From Tubulanus polymorphus (Eukaryota; Animalia; Nemertea): 64,000 nt of DNA. Positions 25,766-39,521 of the stretch are shown piece after piece (position 1 is the first letter of the stretch; each line of letters begins with the position of its first letter). The notes below the pieces were generated by a model that was not told the origin of the DNA, made no database searches, and was given only the letters and a program-made list of their open reading frames with translations. The translations under genes and the position numbers were made by a program. The DNA is taken from NCBI RefSeq assembly GCF_964204645.1, contig NC_134026.1:1511950-1575949 (forward strand). The letters run 5' to 3'.

Positions 25766-27492
25766 TACACGTCATCAGTCAACCGTGGCCGCCCTTGCAA
25801 GGATTCGAACCCTATAGAACAACCGCTGAACACGTTCTAGCGTCTTGCAGCGCTGACGGAAAAAGGGCGCCTTATTAATGAGAATGAGAAATATCCTTCG
25901 AAACCTAAAAATATGAGATTTTTTCTATCATTAATTGCATTTAGTTTTATTTTTAAACGATAATTACAATATTAGTATTGTGTATAAGCATTCAAAATTT
26001 TATACGTGTAATTTACAAATCAATCTTGCGAAATATCTAAAAAGATCGATGCAATTATTACCAAAGGAATTATTACAATGAAGAGGCCATCATTCAACGA
26101 TAACTATAGCACCAGAAGAGAAACTCTATTACTTGTATTTATTTCTATGCTGCTTGTGCTAAAGTATTATTTTTTGGTTGATTTATTCGGAGACAATGCC
26201 AGGAGCTTCTTGTGCGACTATATTCTCGTCAAGGAGGCCAGTAATAGACCTAAAACCAATTTTTCTTGGATAATATACACTGCGCTACACAATTTACCAT
26301 TAATATTCCATAATCAACAATCTAATTTAGTTACCTCTAGTACTTTAAAAAATCAATCTACTTTAGTTACCTTCTTCAGTACTTAAAAAATTCCCTAAAA
26401 AGATAAATAACAAAAAATAATGAAGTTTACTAGATAAATAAGGCTGAACACCATAGATACTTTTAATAATCCCTTATAAATTTCTTTTATACGAATAATG
26501 AATTATTAAAAAGAATCGGCGGCATCATCTACGATAAGTATATATAATAAATATAGCACCCAGTTGAAGGCTTCGATAATGAACACACATTTTTAGCGCA
26601 GAATCAATATGCTTAGTTGAAAAATAATCAGATTTTGATTGGTAGACAATGAAAACGCATTTTAAAAAAAGGAAGAGTTCATGATGCCGCATATGTCAAA
26701 CGAATAACATTCTATAATATCTCTCTAACATCTTTCAACAAACAAATGAAATATTCTTTATGTATATTATAATGTGACACCTTTTGTGACACGATTGGTT
26801 TTTCTGTCATGCGAACGACAATTTACATGTATGAATAACATTCGTAATTCAAGAAATACAGCTTTATACAGATTAGCAATTTACGATACTGAGCGTGTGT
26901 TTAATGTGTTTATATAAAATTAGTGGATCATCCGTTTAATGATTCGAATATAAAACATAGTAACGTCAAACGCTTGTTTACATATACATACCACCCCTAT
27001 ACAGATACACACATATTGGATATTACAAATCTGAATGCAAAAATGAAGGACGAGAAAGTCATATATATCCACTTGGAAACTGTATAATCTGGCTGTAATT
27101 CAGGAATTTTGTTCATCGCGCTGTCGTGAGCAAAGTCTATTATAATCGTCATCACTCCTTCGTCGTGTAGAGTATTTAAGCATCCCGAAATCATTTTCTA
27201 GACCAACAGATACATATCGAAAGTCTGAATAACGAATGACGAATGGCTTTCTGCTAATTGCATTACATATTCACTATAAGTAGATATACATATATTTGGT
27301 CAATATCAGGAGTATTCAAGTCAGCTCGTTGCGTTTGAGCCGTGGAGAAAGAATTTCATCCCCATCATGTTTGTAGTTATCATCAACTACATATCATAAC
27401 CGATGCATTGTTTATAATTCCACAAGTCATGGTTGATAAACGTTACTCGTGTGAGCTGTTTATAACGCCTCATTGAAAATTAACGAATATTA

Positions 27493-30400
27493 TTACACAG
27501 TCGTTGTTCGTTCTTCCATAACTTCAATTTCCTTCTCGGCAACAACAATTTCCGAGGTTTCTTTGGCGGTTATGCCAGCACCAGCAGCAGATGGAGAAGG
27601 AGACGCATCTTGATCCGTATCATTATTAGTCGTAGCCGCGTTATTCGAGTTTGTGACAGTCATTTTCTCATGCGGGACGCACACGTATACTGGGCGATAG
27701 AGAATCGTGTCCTCGCCGGCTTCCGTACCGCAAGTACCGTCGTAAACCTGCCCTAACTGAAATTCGGGACTTGTGTATAATCCACCTTCGACTGAACCAA
27801 CTGCCGTATCTGAAAATACAACAACAAAAAAACATTTTCCTATAGATCATTTCATTTTGGAAACATAGATTCAAGGTTCAGTTTCTGCATTCATCAAAAC
27901 CAAGGCAACATGATTGTGAAATTAACGAGATGAAAATAAAGAACAGAAACAAAGTCTATGTAACACAGTGCGAAAATAATCAAAACCATTTCTGATAATG
28001 GAATAGTAAAGTACTATTCATATATATAAGTGTAGAAGGTTAAATCATGTAAAAGCACAAAATGATGACATACGTAACTCTACGAGCAATCATGGGATGA
28101 TATCATAGCTTAACTGTGCAACTCATACATGTCATACACGTACTTAATCCAATTTCATTTCGTTAAAGTCAGTAAACTACATTTTTCTTAGCAATAAAAA
28201 AATGCTTACAATACAAGATTCTTCCAGTATGGTTCACGGCTTATGAGAAATGCAGCAGTTGAATACGATAGAAATCTGATATTCTTATGTAAAGTTCAAA
28301 TTAGAGCAAATTCAACGAAATTCCAGCGACGTTAATTCAATTTCTTATTTTAATAGTTTAATGCAGTATTCATCAACATCTTAAAAGGCAAGCATATACT
28401 TACCAAAGATCACTTCGGGTGGCTGCGTGTTTGGGATACGGAAGGGCACTGTCGCGATAGTTAATGGAAAATCAATTTGAAGGTCTTCACCCGACTTTTC
28501 TGCTCCTAATGAAACCTGCGGATAGAAATGAAATGGATTTTCTCTTCAAAAATTCGGTCAATAGTATCATAAATCTCTCACACATAGCGGAAAGACTAAC
28601 GGGTGTTGTATCAATGTCACGAGCAACTTAATTATTTGTGAAAAATTTAAGTGGCAAAAAACCTGCAAAACCTGCAACAGCTGTAATAAATTATAAAATC
28701 GAATTCAAAACGTATCATAGAAATCACTTTACAGGAATAATTATCATATTCAAATTCGCGAAAACTACGTGTTTTCAGCCCTACATGGATCGCTGAATTA
28801 GGCCAGGTGCCGTTTGTATTTCTTCGCAGATTTGCTTATTCTGTCAATGAATATAAATTCAGATGTTAAGTCAGATATCTATCGTAAATGGCCACTTACT
28901 CGTAACACGTAATAGATCTGAATAACTTTACACACATCGACAATAGTTGTAGGCATCACAGGAACTTGCAGTTGCTTGTATAAATCATCTAACTTCTCCG
29001 TATGATGAGGAGGTACTGTTGGCCCTTTGAATTCCCATACTTTATGATGAAGCTCTTTCGACAGGCCGAGTACACCTTTGTTAATAAAATATTCTACGTA
29101 CTGAAAAAGAGGAGAGTTTACATAACCATTATATATAATTCATTTCCCTGATAGCTTCCGCGATCAACCAAAAATTATTTGCGCTCAAAAAGCCTAGAAC
29201 ACTTTAGATTAATAGGATATCACTGAAACTTCGAAAATTGGTGACAAATTGACGCTAATTCAACCACCATAACTTCGGGTTCAGGACTCACATACGGGTG
29301 GTGACCTTTCTTCGAGTCCCACGCGTTTTAGAAATGTGTCTACTTAATCAAAAGAATTCCCAAAACATCAAAGAAGCCAAGATAATATAGTTTCTCCGAG
29401 TGATTTAAGATGTAAGTCTAATGTTTGAAGTCACACCTGTAACAGTCTGACTATAACCCATGTATTCTCATCGCTGCCATTCTGCACTTCACAACGTAAT
29501 TTCATCTGTTCACCGCAGCAGTAAGCAGATCGATCTAAGTTCGCCATTAAAGATATTGGACCTTGTGAACAGCAGAAACAATACGTATTGCGCTGATCTT
29601 CAGCTGATATACTCGTCTGAAATTTATACATAAATCATGATTAACTCGAGATCTACAAGCCATTTATCGTTATATTTCAATAACCAAATCATCCGCACGA
29701 TTACATCGAATATGAAATAAATGTCTGTAAAATGAGTTTTATTGGCCGCACAGGAAATGTTCAGACAGCAAACGAACGAAAATATTTACGTTAATGTTTT
29801 TCGTTCTACATTTCTTTTTAATTCTTTACAATTACTCTGAAATTGTGGCATCTTTTTGGCCGATGAAGAAATTTACATTCATCCTCTATGAAGATCTCTT
29901 ATATCAACAACGATTAACTTCCAGGCAGACAACATATGTGAAGGAAGGGCCCGAGATTCGTAATTAGAAGGTTAATCATATCAACTCCATGTATCATCAG
30001 GAATATAGTTTCAATAAGTTTATGATCTTTGTTTTATGTAGCTAATATCCTTACCAGGTATCTTTCATCCATGCAGTCGATGTGTGGCCCAATAATTGTG
30101 AAATATTTGATCCCTTGCGGTGGAGAGGCGTATGGAATGTCTATGATTACACGAAGATAGTAACGTATTGTACCGTTTTTACTTTCGAATGAGCATGGCA
30201 GGGAACTTTCGGGGAGTTGAAATTCCATTGGAAAGCGGTGAACTCCTCTGGGTAATATCGGCGTCGGGCCTTCTTCGTCTTTACCTGAAAAGAACCAAGG
30301 TTTGGCTGTTCTTTTAAGTGATAATATCAATTCACGCGATCATCGATAGAAAAATCAACCCTATCATCCTCTACCTCGCTGCATCTAGACTATAAGATTA

Positions 30401-31737
30401 AATATATATATATGTATATAATAAGTATAGAACAGAAAACAAATAACGGAAGTTATCTCCTTCTAAGCAAGAAGCAGTAGCATCAGCAAAGAAGAAAATT
30501 CAAAGGGGATAATTATATACTTGTCATGATGAAGTCATTTATTATTCTACCGAAGTATAAAACAGACAAGATCGCCTTCCTTCTTAATTGTTATCTCAAA
30601 GGCAAAGCGATGAGGGCTGGGGTACAAAACGATAAGAATATAAATAACGGAAGACTAGCAGAACCAGTAGATATATATGGAGTTAGTGCATAGCTATTGA
30701 TAGAATACGAAGCGAGCAGCAAAAAGAGAATTCATGGGAAAAGATCTATTGAAATTATAGATAAAGCTTGAATAAATATCTTAGGATTATATAAAATATA
30801 CATACACGGAATGTCGATTTCTTTTAGAAGAATTTATATATGTATAAAATATAACTAACTACCCTTACCTTTTCCCCAAACAATCAGTTTTTCATCGAGA
30901 TAAAGTTGATCTTCTTTAACGGTTCGTCGTTCACCACTCCTCATAATCTTCCACTCCACATGAGCCTTACCTCGCAAATTAACGCGAATTCCTGAAAAAC
31001 ATATCCATTTCAGACGAGAATGAATTCGAGCGACTCGAAGTATTCGAAAAAGTAGCTGAATAGTCGAACATTAATATTGAATGATGCAAAACAAAAATAG
31101 TAAATTTTCATCAAACCTTTTAAATATAAAGAATTGATATCGTGTTTGGAACGATTTATATTCATGCTGCGAGTATGTACCAAAATCTTATCAAGAGTAT
31201 ATACTAATCCTTTGTATTTGAATGTATTTTTTATTTCAATTTCCTTAAATTAATTCCAAACATTCTGGGTTTTACAATTCAATCCTGGGCAACATAATTT
31301 TTCGAGCATATGATTTAGTGGAGGAAAATGTGATGAACTATCCGTTTCGTTCACAAGGCTTCCAACCTCTGAAAAGTGCTATCAGTAACAAATCGAATGT
31401 TTTTCAAACACATTTCATTGAAATATGAAAGAAAATGTTAAAATTAATCAATAATAAACATCATCAAGACCCTCAGTAACATCTTTCATATTTCTGTACG
31501 CATGAAACAAATCTAATCAGTATTGGTAGCTGTGCAGATAGATTAATCCTTATTTTGAATCACTCAACAAACAAACAAATCAATTTAATGTGATTCTTTC
31601 ATCAATATTCAACTATAGGATTTACCTTTGATTTTGATATTTTCTATATTTTCCACCAATATATTTCCTTTCAACTTCTCACCGGCGTAATACACATCTT
31701 TATCCAGTTCTATATCGAATCGTTTGATGTAATCCAT
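27493..31737 (-). CDS. Alpha-arrestin / arrestin domain-containing protein (invertebrate ARRDC17-like), 7 coding exons
   Basis: The spliced protein reads MDYIKRFDIELDKDVYYAGEKLKG...IRVNLRGKAHVEW...GVHRFPMEFQLPESSLPCSFESKNGTIRYYLRVIIDIP...CFCCSQGPISLMANLDRSAYCCGE...FPLTIATVPFRIP. Exons are ~31737-31626, 30991-30869, 30285-30055, 29616-29437, 29101-28961, 28515-28404 and 27809-27493. Confidence 0.9.
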
Positions 31738-32156
31738 CGTTTCCAATGTCAATATTACCTACGAGCAAATATCCACACATATTTAAAAAGCACGCAAAAA
31801 TGCAAAACTATTCGCTAAAAAGTGTAGGCCTTTGTTGAACATGCACGCACTTATAGTCATAATCATATAATCCAACTGAAAATACGAAATTGACTAAAAG
31901 AGTTTTATTGTGGTTATGAAATGAGTAATGAGGGAATGTGCGCAAAAACGTTTTCATTTATATAATGGACCAGAGAATGTAAAATGCGCTGAATGTGAAA
32001 GCGTTTGTTAACCCGACAATTATAGAATTGTGGTAATAACTGAAGTGAACTTAATCATAAATTCAAACTCTTTAATCGTATATTCTTTACGAAGACACTA
32101 TTGTATATCATTGCGCGCTATCGATGCTCAATCAAGCCTCGAAATGGATAGAACTA

Positions 32157-32345
32157 CAGGGGCGGATCTAGGGCCTGATTCAGGGAAGGGTGCATCCCTA
32201 AAATAGGGAACATCATATAAAAAGGCACCTTCAAAGAAAGCTGATCGCAAAACATTAACTCATCTTTTGAAATACAGAGAACAAGCTTATGAACTTAAGC
32301 TTTTTGAGGTATCACCCCTGCACCCTCCCCTTGGATCAGCCCTTG
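32157..32345. mobile_element. MITE with CAGGGGCGGATC-type terminal inverted repeats
   Basis: The left end CAGGGGCGGATCTAGGG matches the reverse complement of the right end, CAAGGGCTGATCCAAGGG. An inner GGGTGCA/TGCACCC pair is also inverted. Confidence 0.7.
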
Positions 32346-35300
32346 AACAAATTTTTTTTAACCGTATTATTTCGGATTTTGATGATAAGCAAAATAATTA
32401 GCCCGGCACAGAATAGAAACAATTCGCACACAAGAAATCTCGGCCGAATTCTCTTGATTTTTTGCCGTTCTCCGGAATCAGCCACTTTACGAATCACTGC
32501 ACAAAAAATACGTGTGCAAATATAACAATAAGAAACCATTGCTAACAAACTTTTCTAAAACGTAGAGATAAAAAACTCTTTGTTTATGATAGCAATACGA
32601 TTAATGATTTATGGGACATAATGGAGATTCTTGTATCTCTATGGTTACATGGCCAGACGATACAGAAAATATGAATTGTTTATTGGTCACCGGTATTTAA
32701 TCAGAAATCGAAATTTAATCTTTTGTTTGTCGTAATACAATCGAAAGCCAGACATAAAATTGTTCAGTTATACTTTTATTTGTGAACGAAAGTTACGTTA
32801 CACTAAAAGAATTGTTTAGCATGATGTGAACCATTATATAAGCGCTGCTACACTTCGAAAATAGATTGCTGATATTGATGGTTCTGTGACACGTTAACGA
32901 CTCGATAAGTCAGTGACATCATTTTTTGTAGACCGTAGCACGGATTGCCAGTGTATACCTAATATCAGACAGTGGAAGCATGAAACCATAAATAATAATA
33001 TCCTTGATCCTTGGTCTGCTGAAGCCAAACTGGGCATTTTCCCAAAAGAAAATTGATTTCAGGCAACAGGCAGGGTTACGTTAATCACTCGATCAATTAC
33101 GAAAGATGAGTGGCTCGACATCCTCGCCAAATTGCAGCCAACGTGATTATCTAAGAAAGATCTGTTAAAATAGGAAAATAGAAGAAGCATCGGTTTATTG
33201 CAGTCGATACGTATTTACGTTTAGGGCGTAAACCTCTAGTACGATACATGTAAATACGTACAGATTGCGATAGAAATTATTTCTATACCAATAAATCTAT
33301 ACATATTGACATCACTTGATTCAATATACAATGATAATTGGATGTTTATAGGTAAAAACCAGTCTCCTCACATGCTGCCATAATCGAATGAATGATAACA
33401 GTACAATACGACATAATTCATAGAATCATGAATTTAAAAAAAAATACGTCAGTATTATTTCATGGTTTCTACGTATATAAATATCCCAGATAAAACAGAT
33501 TACCAAACATTGTAGAATTATGCGCTAGCAGTCCATTTTCTAAATTGTGACAGCACTTAAAAGGATTGGATTGAGATTGTGATTATGATTGTGATCGGGA
33601 CCATACACCATACAGATTACTAACAATCAGGCGATATAAATAATAAATACATTCTGTGAAATTCGTCCAGCGGAAATGGGTGAACGGGATTCTTCCCGAA
33701 TGCTTCTATTTCGACTAAACGCGATATGGCTGGAAAAAAGCTTCACTATTCTCTATTGTATAGATTCAAAATATCTTTATGACTGGACGGTTGATTCAAT
33801 TGTATATGATATAGTTTATGCTGATCTGATGTCGTTAGCTTTATTTTGTCGGTATAAATGACTGTATTGCGGAAATGGTTGTGTTTACTTGAAGCAGCAA
33901 ACTGCAGTTGTGTTGACAGTGCGTGCTCAACTGAATGAATGCCTGTCGCCGCAAATATCCAGCTATATTCATGGATTTTTTTCATTGCCTGTTTGACTGA
34001 TGTGATTGAGCATCGACTTTTTCGTGAATCGAAACAGAATATTCTTCGAATCTGATACCTTGAATGAAAACGCGTTGAAAAAAAAACAAATAATATACAT
34101 GTAGTAGTAAATATCCTCCGGGAACACCACCAAAAAGTTTCTGTAGAAAACCGGATTAACTTTAATTAATGTCATTATTTTTTCATAAAATCGCTCAAAG
34201 GTATACGTGTATATTTGACTGATGACAATTTAAATTATTTCAAAACATATTTTCGTTTCATTTTGTTTAATTCTTTAAATGTTCTAACAAAGTATATATA
34301 ATACACCAGTTTTAATACAACTAAAACAAATTACTCGGTATATTGATCTTAGAGTGACGCTAACACGCTTCCTGGTCAGACGATTCTAAATGTTTTTCCA
34401 TGTAATATCGATCGAACGATATCGCAGACGAGAAAAGAGCAAATTGAATATACACACCCAATATAGATATCGTGAAAGAAGTTAACAGAATTGATCCTAA
34501 AAACGCTAAAAGCCGTTAGCAGAAAAACATCCGCGAACAGCAGAAAATCGATGTAGAAACGGCGGCGATGAGTAAAGTGTATCTCTGTGTAGGCAGAAAA
34601 TTTCTAACGAAATTGTCGATAAATTTCTAAACAGATTTCAGGTTTTATCGTGTACTGTGTACTGATGTCTTTCGCAAGCTTACTTCCGGGTAAATAATTC
34701 ATAATTAAAAAAATAGAAAACATCTTTTTGCAGGTAAGATATTTCATCAACTGCTTCATCGTCATTATGATCATCACCATCCCATTGTTACAATACCTTT
34801 TTCTCGCTATAAGGAACATCGTTCTTACAGGTGTCGAAGAATTCACACGAAATTACGAAATCACTAATAGCCTCAAAAACCTGAGCCGATATATCCGCCA
34901 TATTTGCAATTACTACATCGGCGTGATACGTGTGAATTGAACTTCGAACTTTGAAACCAGGAAGACAATTTTATAACAAAACAAAAAAAGAATATTGCCG
35001 ACGATTTTTCAGAGAAAATAGCTCAATCGTTCGATTGAAAGTACAATAAAAAACCATTACGAAAACAACGCAGGCCATAAATCGATGCGGAAAACTGTTC
35101 GGTCCGGCATGTCTATTTCAATAATTCACGACATGTTCGCATGCAAAGACCGCATCAACGTCGAGTTTGAGTATGAATTAATGAACACCAGCTAAAACGG
35201 GATATCTGCATAATCCGCTCAGTAGCGGGTGATCGCACTGAGAATTGTACGTAAGTCGTGGGGTTGGGGGTCGGAGGTGTACGATATACCATCAATATTG

Positions 35301-38300
35301 AGATTGATCTCATTCCGCATGAAAATCTATACATGCCACAGATGTGTAAATATCACTTCAGATTTTATAGGTGTATATGATCAATTTTGCACATAGGCTA
35401 GACATATACAAACATATATATGTCTATATACCTGGCTTTTTAAAAATGAGTTTCCAATGAAAATACAAATAAATCCTGTGTAATATTGAGCGCATATTCA
35501 TGAACGATTTCTTTTTTGTGCATTTCCATTAATGAAAAGTTTTCAATCGAGGGACGTCTAATCAGTCCATCCCAAAGAACTCATATCAAGGGTGGTTCAC
35601 CGCATATTCGATATAGAATACATAGTTGGCATGGAAAATTAGTTTCATCAGTGCTTAACAAGCTCATCAATAGCCGTGTAAACCAATGGCTCATTAGATA
35701 AATCAAGTTATGATGAATCAATGCATCTTTACGAAATAATAGCAATGAAAGTAGGTGTCCGTGACTATTTGGGAAATTTACGAGATCTCTTGAGTTTCAT
35801 TCCAGTAGCCGAATCAACCAATAACCTGACCAGCCTCTATTATACCATTACCGATAATTGCTATTATACCCTTAGGTTAATAGTCCTGGCGCCCTGGGGT
35901 GTCAAAGTAATGAGGTTTTCGTCACATCTTCGCATTCAGCAGGCTGACGAACGAACGGACAGAATTGTTTTCGTGCAATGTTCGCAGAGATAACTGACGT
36001 TGACCAGAATCCCTCAGGACCCGTCCGTATCTTCCAACTCCATCCCCAGACCGCAGAGCTCTATTCCTTTCACCAGTTAGATAACAACCAGTACACCACT
36101 CTCAAAATCAGGCCAAATGGTTAATTGATCTCGTCAACAATCCCATAAATCCCTTCCCACCTGCTCTATTCTCATGCACGCATTCCACCAGATCACATTT
36201 CACCGTCATGTCATAATCTACATGTAAACAGTCAGTTACAGTGGAATATCATAAATTCCATCATGTATTCTTGAATCGGAATTCGGCCCATCCAGTCTAT
36301 CGGATTTTTCCTTTTTCGAGTTCTGTCATCCGACAACTGAATGAGTTCTCCGCTCTCATGTCAGAAAGAAAGAGAAAACGTTTAGGTCAAAAATGGCCAA
36401 TATCGGCTACATTTATGATTACCTGGACATTAATGAATGTTTAGTCTGTGTATATGACGTTCTATTTGAGATGTCGGTGGGGGTTAACGCATCGTCCATA
36501 CATAAATACACGATCGATTTGTTGATCTTTCATCGTGTACACAGCGGCGGCCAGTTGGCGTACAGATTATCGATGCACTGGAATAAATTGAACTGTCAAC
36601 GCCGACATGAAAGCCGGCACTTATTCTCAGCCATGTAACGAATACGTACCTGAAAAGCTTTCGATCAAAGGATGCACTTAGCTTAATCACGGCCATGTCA
36701 CTTTTATTGGTAGCGACAGAATTTACATGTAGAATAATGCGCTACAAAATACCTAAATATAGAGGTATACGTAACTGTTTTGGAGAGAAAGATATATTTC
36801 TAAATATATACGCATTTCCTTGGATCTTTTCATCAAAGAAACTCAATTTGCTCAACACCCAGGCGAAGCGATGTAATACATAGATTTAGCAGTTAAGGTG
36901 TAACTGTTTGGAATCGCGTTCTCTCTACGGTTTCATTATTTACACGTATATACCAACTCGAGGGGATGAGACAGGGGAAGTAACTTGTGCTTGACCCACG
37001 GAATCATGAATGAAAAATGGCACGCATTATGAGATTAGGACAGGCGACAAATTTTAATTGTTCATCAGTAAAGCGCATAGAATGGAACCACGAAGGTTTC
37101 CATGACTACAACATCGGTCTCACGGCGTTTCATTTGGACCCAGGTTTTAATTATCAGCCCGTACTGCAAATAGATAGAAAGATCAGAGATAACTCTTTTC
37201 ATACATGCGACGCTATTTCCATTAGTTGACGACGAGGGATTTACAAGACAAATACCCCAGCGGACATTGTCAGTAACATTTCCATCCGTACCATGGCCGC
37301 AAGCGAGCATAAAATGTAACCTCCCCATGTACGTACGAATGAAAACATGTACATAACATTTCTCATGATTCGTTGCGTATACGACGGAAATACCTCAGCT
37401 TTCAGTATTGCTTTTATAGTGAAGAAGAGGTAATAAAAAGCAGAAAAATTGCGCATCATGAGATTTACCGTTCGCTGAAGAAACGCATTAACCGAGTCTT
37501 AACGAAATATAAAACACATCAAACATAATCGCATCACAAACAAAAGCTGATTATTCTCTCGGCGAATAATACGATCAATTTTCTTCAAATTCTCTTGTTT
37601 AATGCCAGTAAATCGGTGATTGCTAAGAAAGGGCACGCGGTATGATCCTTCGAAGAATATTCCAGCTTACAATTTCAAACTCATTATCAAACTATATTTA
37701 CATATCGAATATCTAGATTTTCACTTTACTATAAAAATGAGATACCTGAGAAAAATGCTGAATTTAGTAGACCAAAAGAACCCAAAAGCTGTATTCAGAC
37801 ATGATGAAGGAGATATACTTTTTAACACGACAGCATCTAAATATTAGGAATTACTAAACGGCACGTCCTGTTGTTGATCTCTGAGAAATAAATTTACATC
37901 ACAATTCTCAAATCGATCGATCATTTCAGCTACCACGCAAAGACTACCGAGAAGGTTTTCTGAAATTGAAGTCTGCCTATACAGTGCACAGATAAGAAGG
38001 TACTGAAGCATTAGTATCTGCAGAACATATACAATCTAGGCTGCAAGTGTATTACTCATAAACCGTACCTTTAAATAAGAATGAATTAATCCTTCGTTAA
38101 TATAAAATTTCTTGCCAATTCATTGTCTTATGTCACTGAAGAGAATATATACTGCAAGCAGCACAAACGCACACGCGCTGTTGCAGGAAGCTACTTACAG
38201 CTCCAATCAATAACGCATCATCAGCAACACATACAGCGACTCGCTTCAGGTTTTACTGTGTACTCACAGCAATCACATATCCTTATTCACTTCTATTTAT

Positions 38301-38944
38301 CCGCAATTTTAAATTGTTCCGTCCATATTGGTGAGAGTGGAGAGATCTCCTGAAGAGGAACCTAGACGCGCACAGCTGTTCAACCTGTACTTACATGTTC
38401 ACAGAACATCAGCTTGTATTATGAGTCGGCGTATAGGCTACCGGTACTGGAGGTTTCCATGGCAGCGTACTGGTGTCCTCCGAGCTAACATCTGGAGCAA
38501 TATGTAATTGCTTTTTATAAAAAAGTCCAATTTTTTTAAACGTTGGACTTGTTATACAATTACCAAACCACCTGCCATGCAGATTTAATCAAATTGTGAC
38601 AAGAATTCAAATAATCATTTGTTGGATTTGCCTGGAAAAACGTAAATGCATTTAGCCTAAATAGTTTCAATTTAAATTTTTTCTCGGTTTTTTGTTTTCT
38701 CATGGATCGTAGCAAGTGGGTTCGCCCAACAATCCAATGTGAATCTGCAGGATATAAATGCCCCGCGTTAAAGCTCAATTAGGAGAAGATTAATTAATTA
38801 TTCATTCAAAGCTGATTTCAGGGAAAGCATTTTGGAATCAATATAGTTAGTATTTCAAAATTAGTCAGTGTCGCAAAAAATATGGATTCGAACCCATTTC
38901 ATCATTTGATCTCCATCGTAGCGTGTCGATTGCCGCGCATATCT

Positions 38945-39095
38945 CTTAGCCAATCAGACACGAGTCTTTTGACCGCGAAATAACTTCCAACCAATCAGAG
39001 AGCAGACTTGTGCGGTGAATGAGAATCTATCAATTCTACCGCGCGCGACATGACATATGTGGAGCAACCAGGAAGTGTACTTAATTCAAAAATTC
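38945..39095 (+). promoter_or_regulatory. Cell-cycle-type promoter of geminin (two CCAAT boxes, E2F, Ets and CHR-like sites)
   Basis: CCAAT occurs at 38950 and 38991. CCGCGAAA (reverse complement TTTCGCGG, E2F) is at 38973, CCAGGAAGTG at 39068, and TTCAAA (reverse CHR TTTGAA) at 39085. Confidence 0.6.
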
Positions 39096-39521
39096 TGGAC
39101 TAAGATTTTCTACGTTCTAATCTAATTTTTAGGGCTTTAAAATCAGTTTTTGAGTTAAAGTTGAAAAGGTAGATATATTTTACTGTATTCAATGTATATT
39201 TATCCATACTTACAATCTCCGAGACCTTTATACCGTCCAACTTATCAATCGAAATAACCAACTTCATCATCCATGATCCTCTTTTTTACCATTACCAAGA
39301 AACTTTAAGTTTAAGGTAGACACGTAATGTCTGGATGTACCGGTACCACAAGTTGGTTATACTACGATCGTAGAGTGACGGAGATCTCTGTGGAGGCAAC
39401 CTCTGCCAGGGCTGGGTTAAACGATCCTCCAACCAATGGCCAATCAATTAAATTAAATTCCTTTCAATCAGAATAACCCCATATTTGCTGGCTGCTTTTC
39501 AGAAACTAGCTCATCAGAGCC

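Noticed and set aside
32289-38778. Many 60-90 aa ORFs in the arrestin-geminin interval
   Set aside because: They show no domain motifs, no consistent spliced chain, and a composition typical of AT-rich non-coding DNA.
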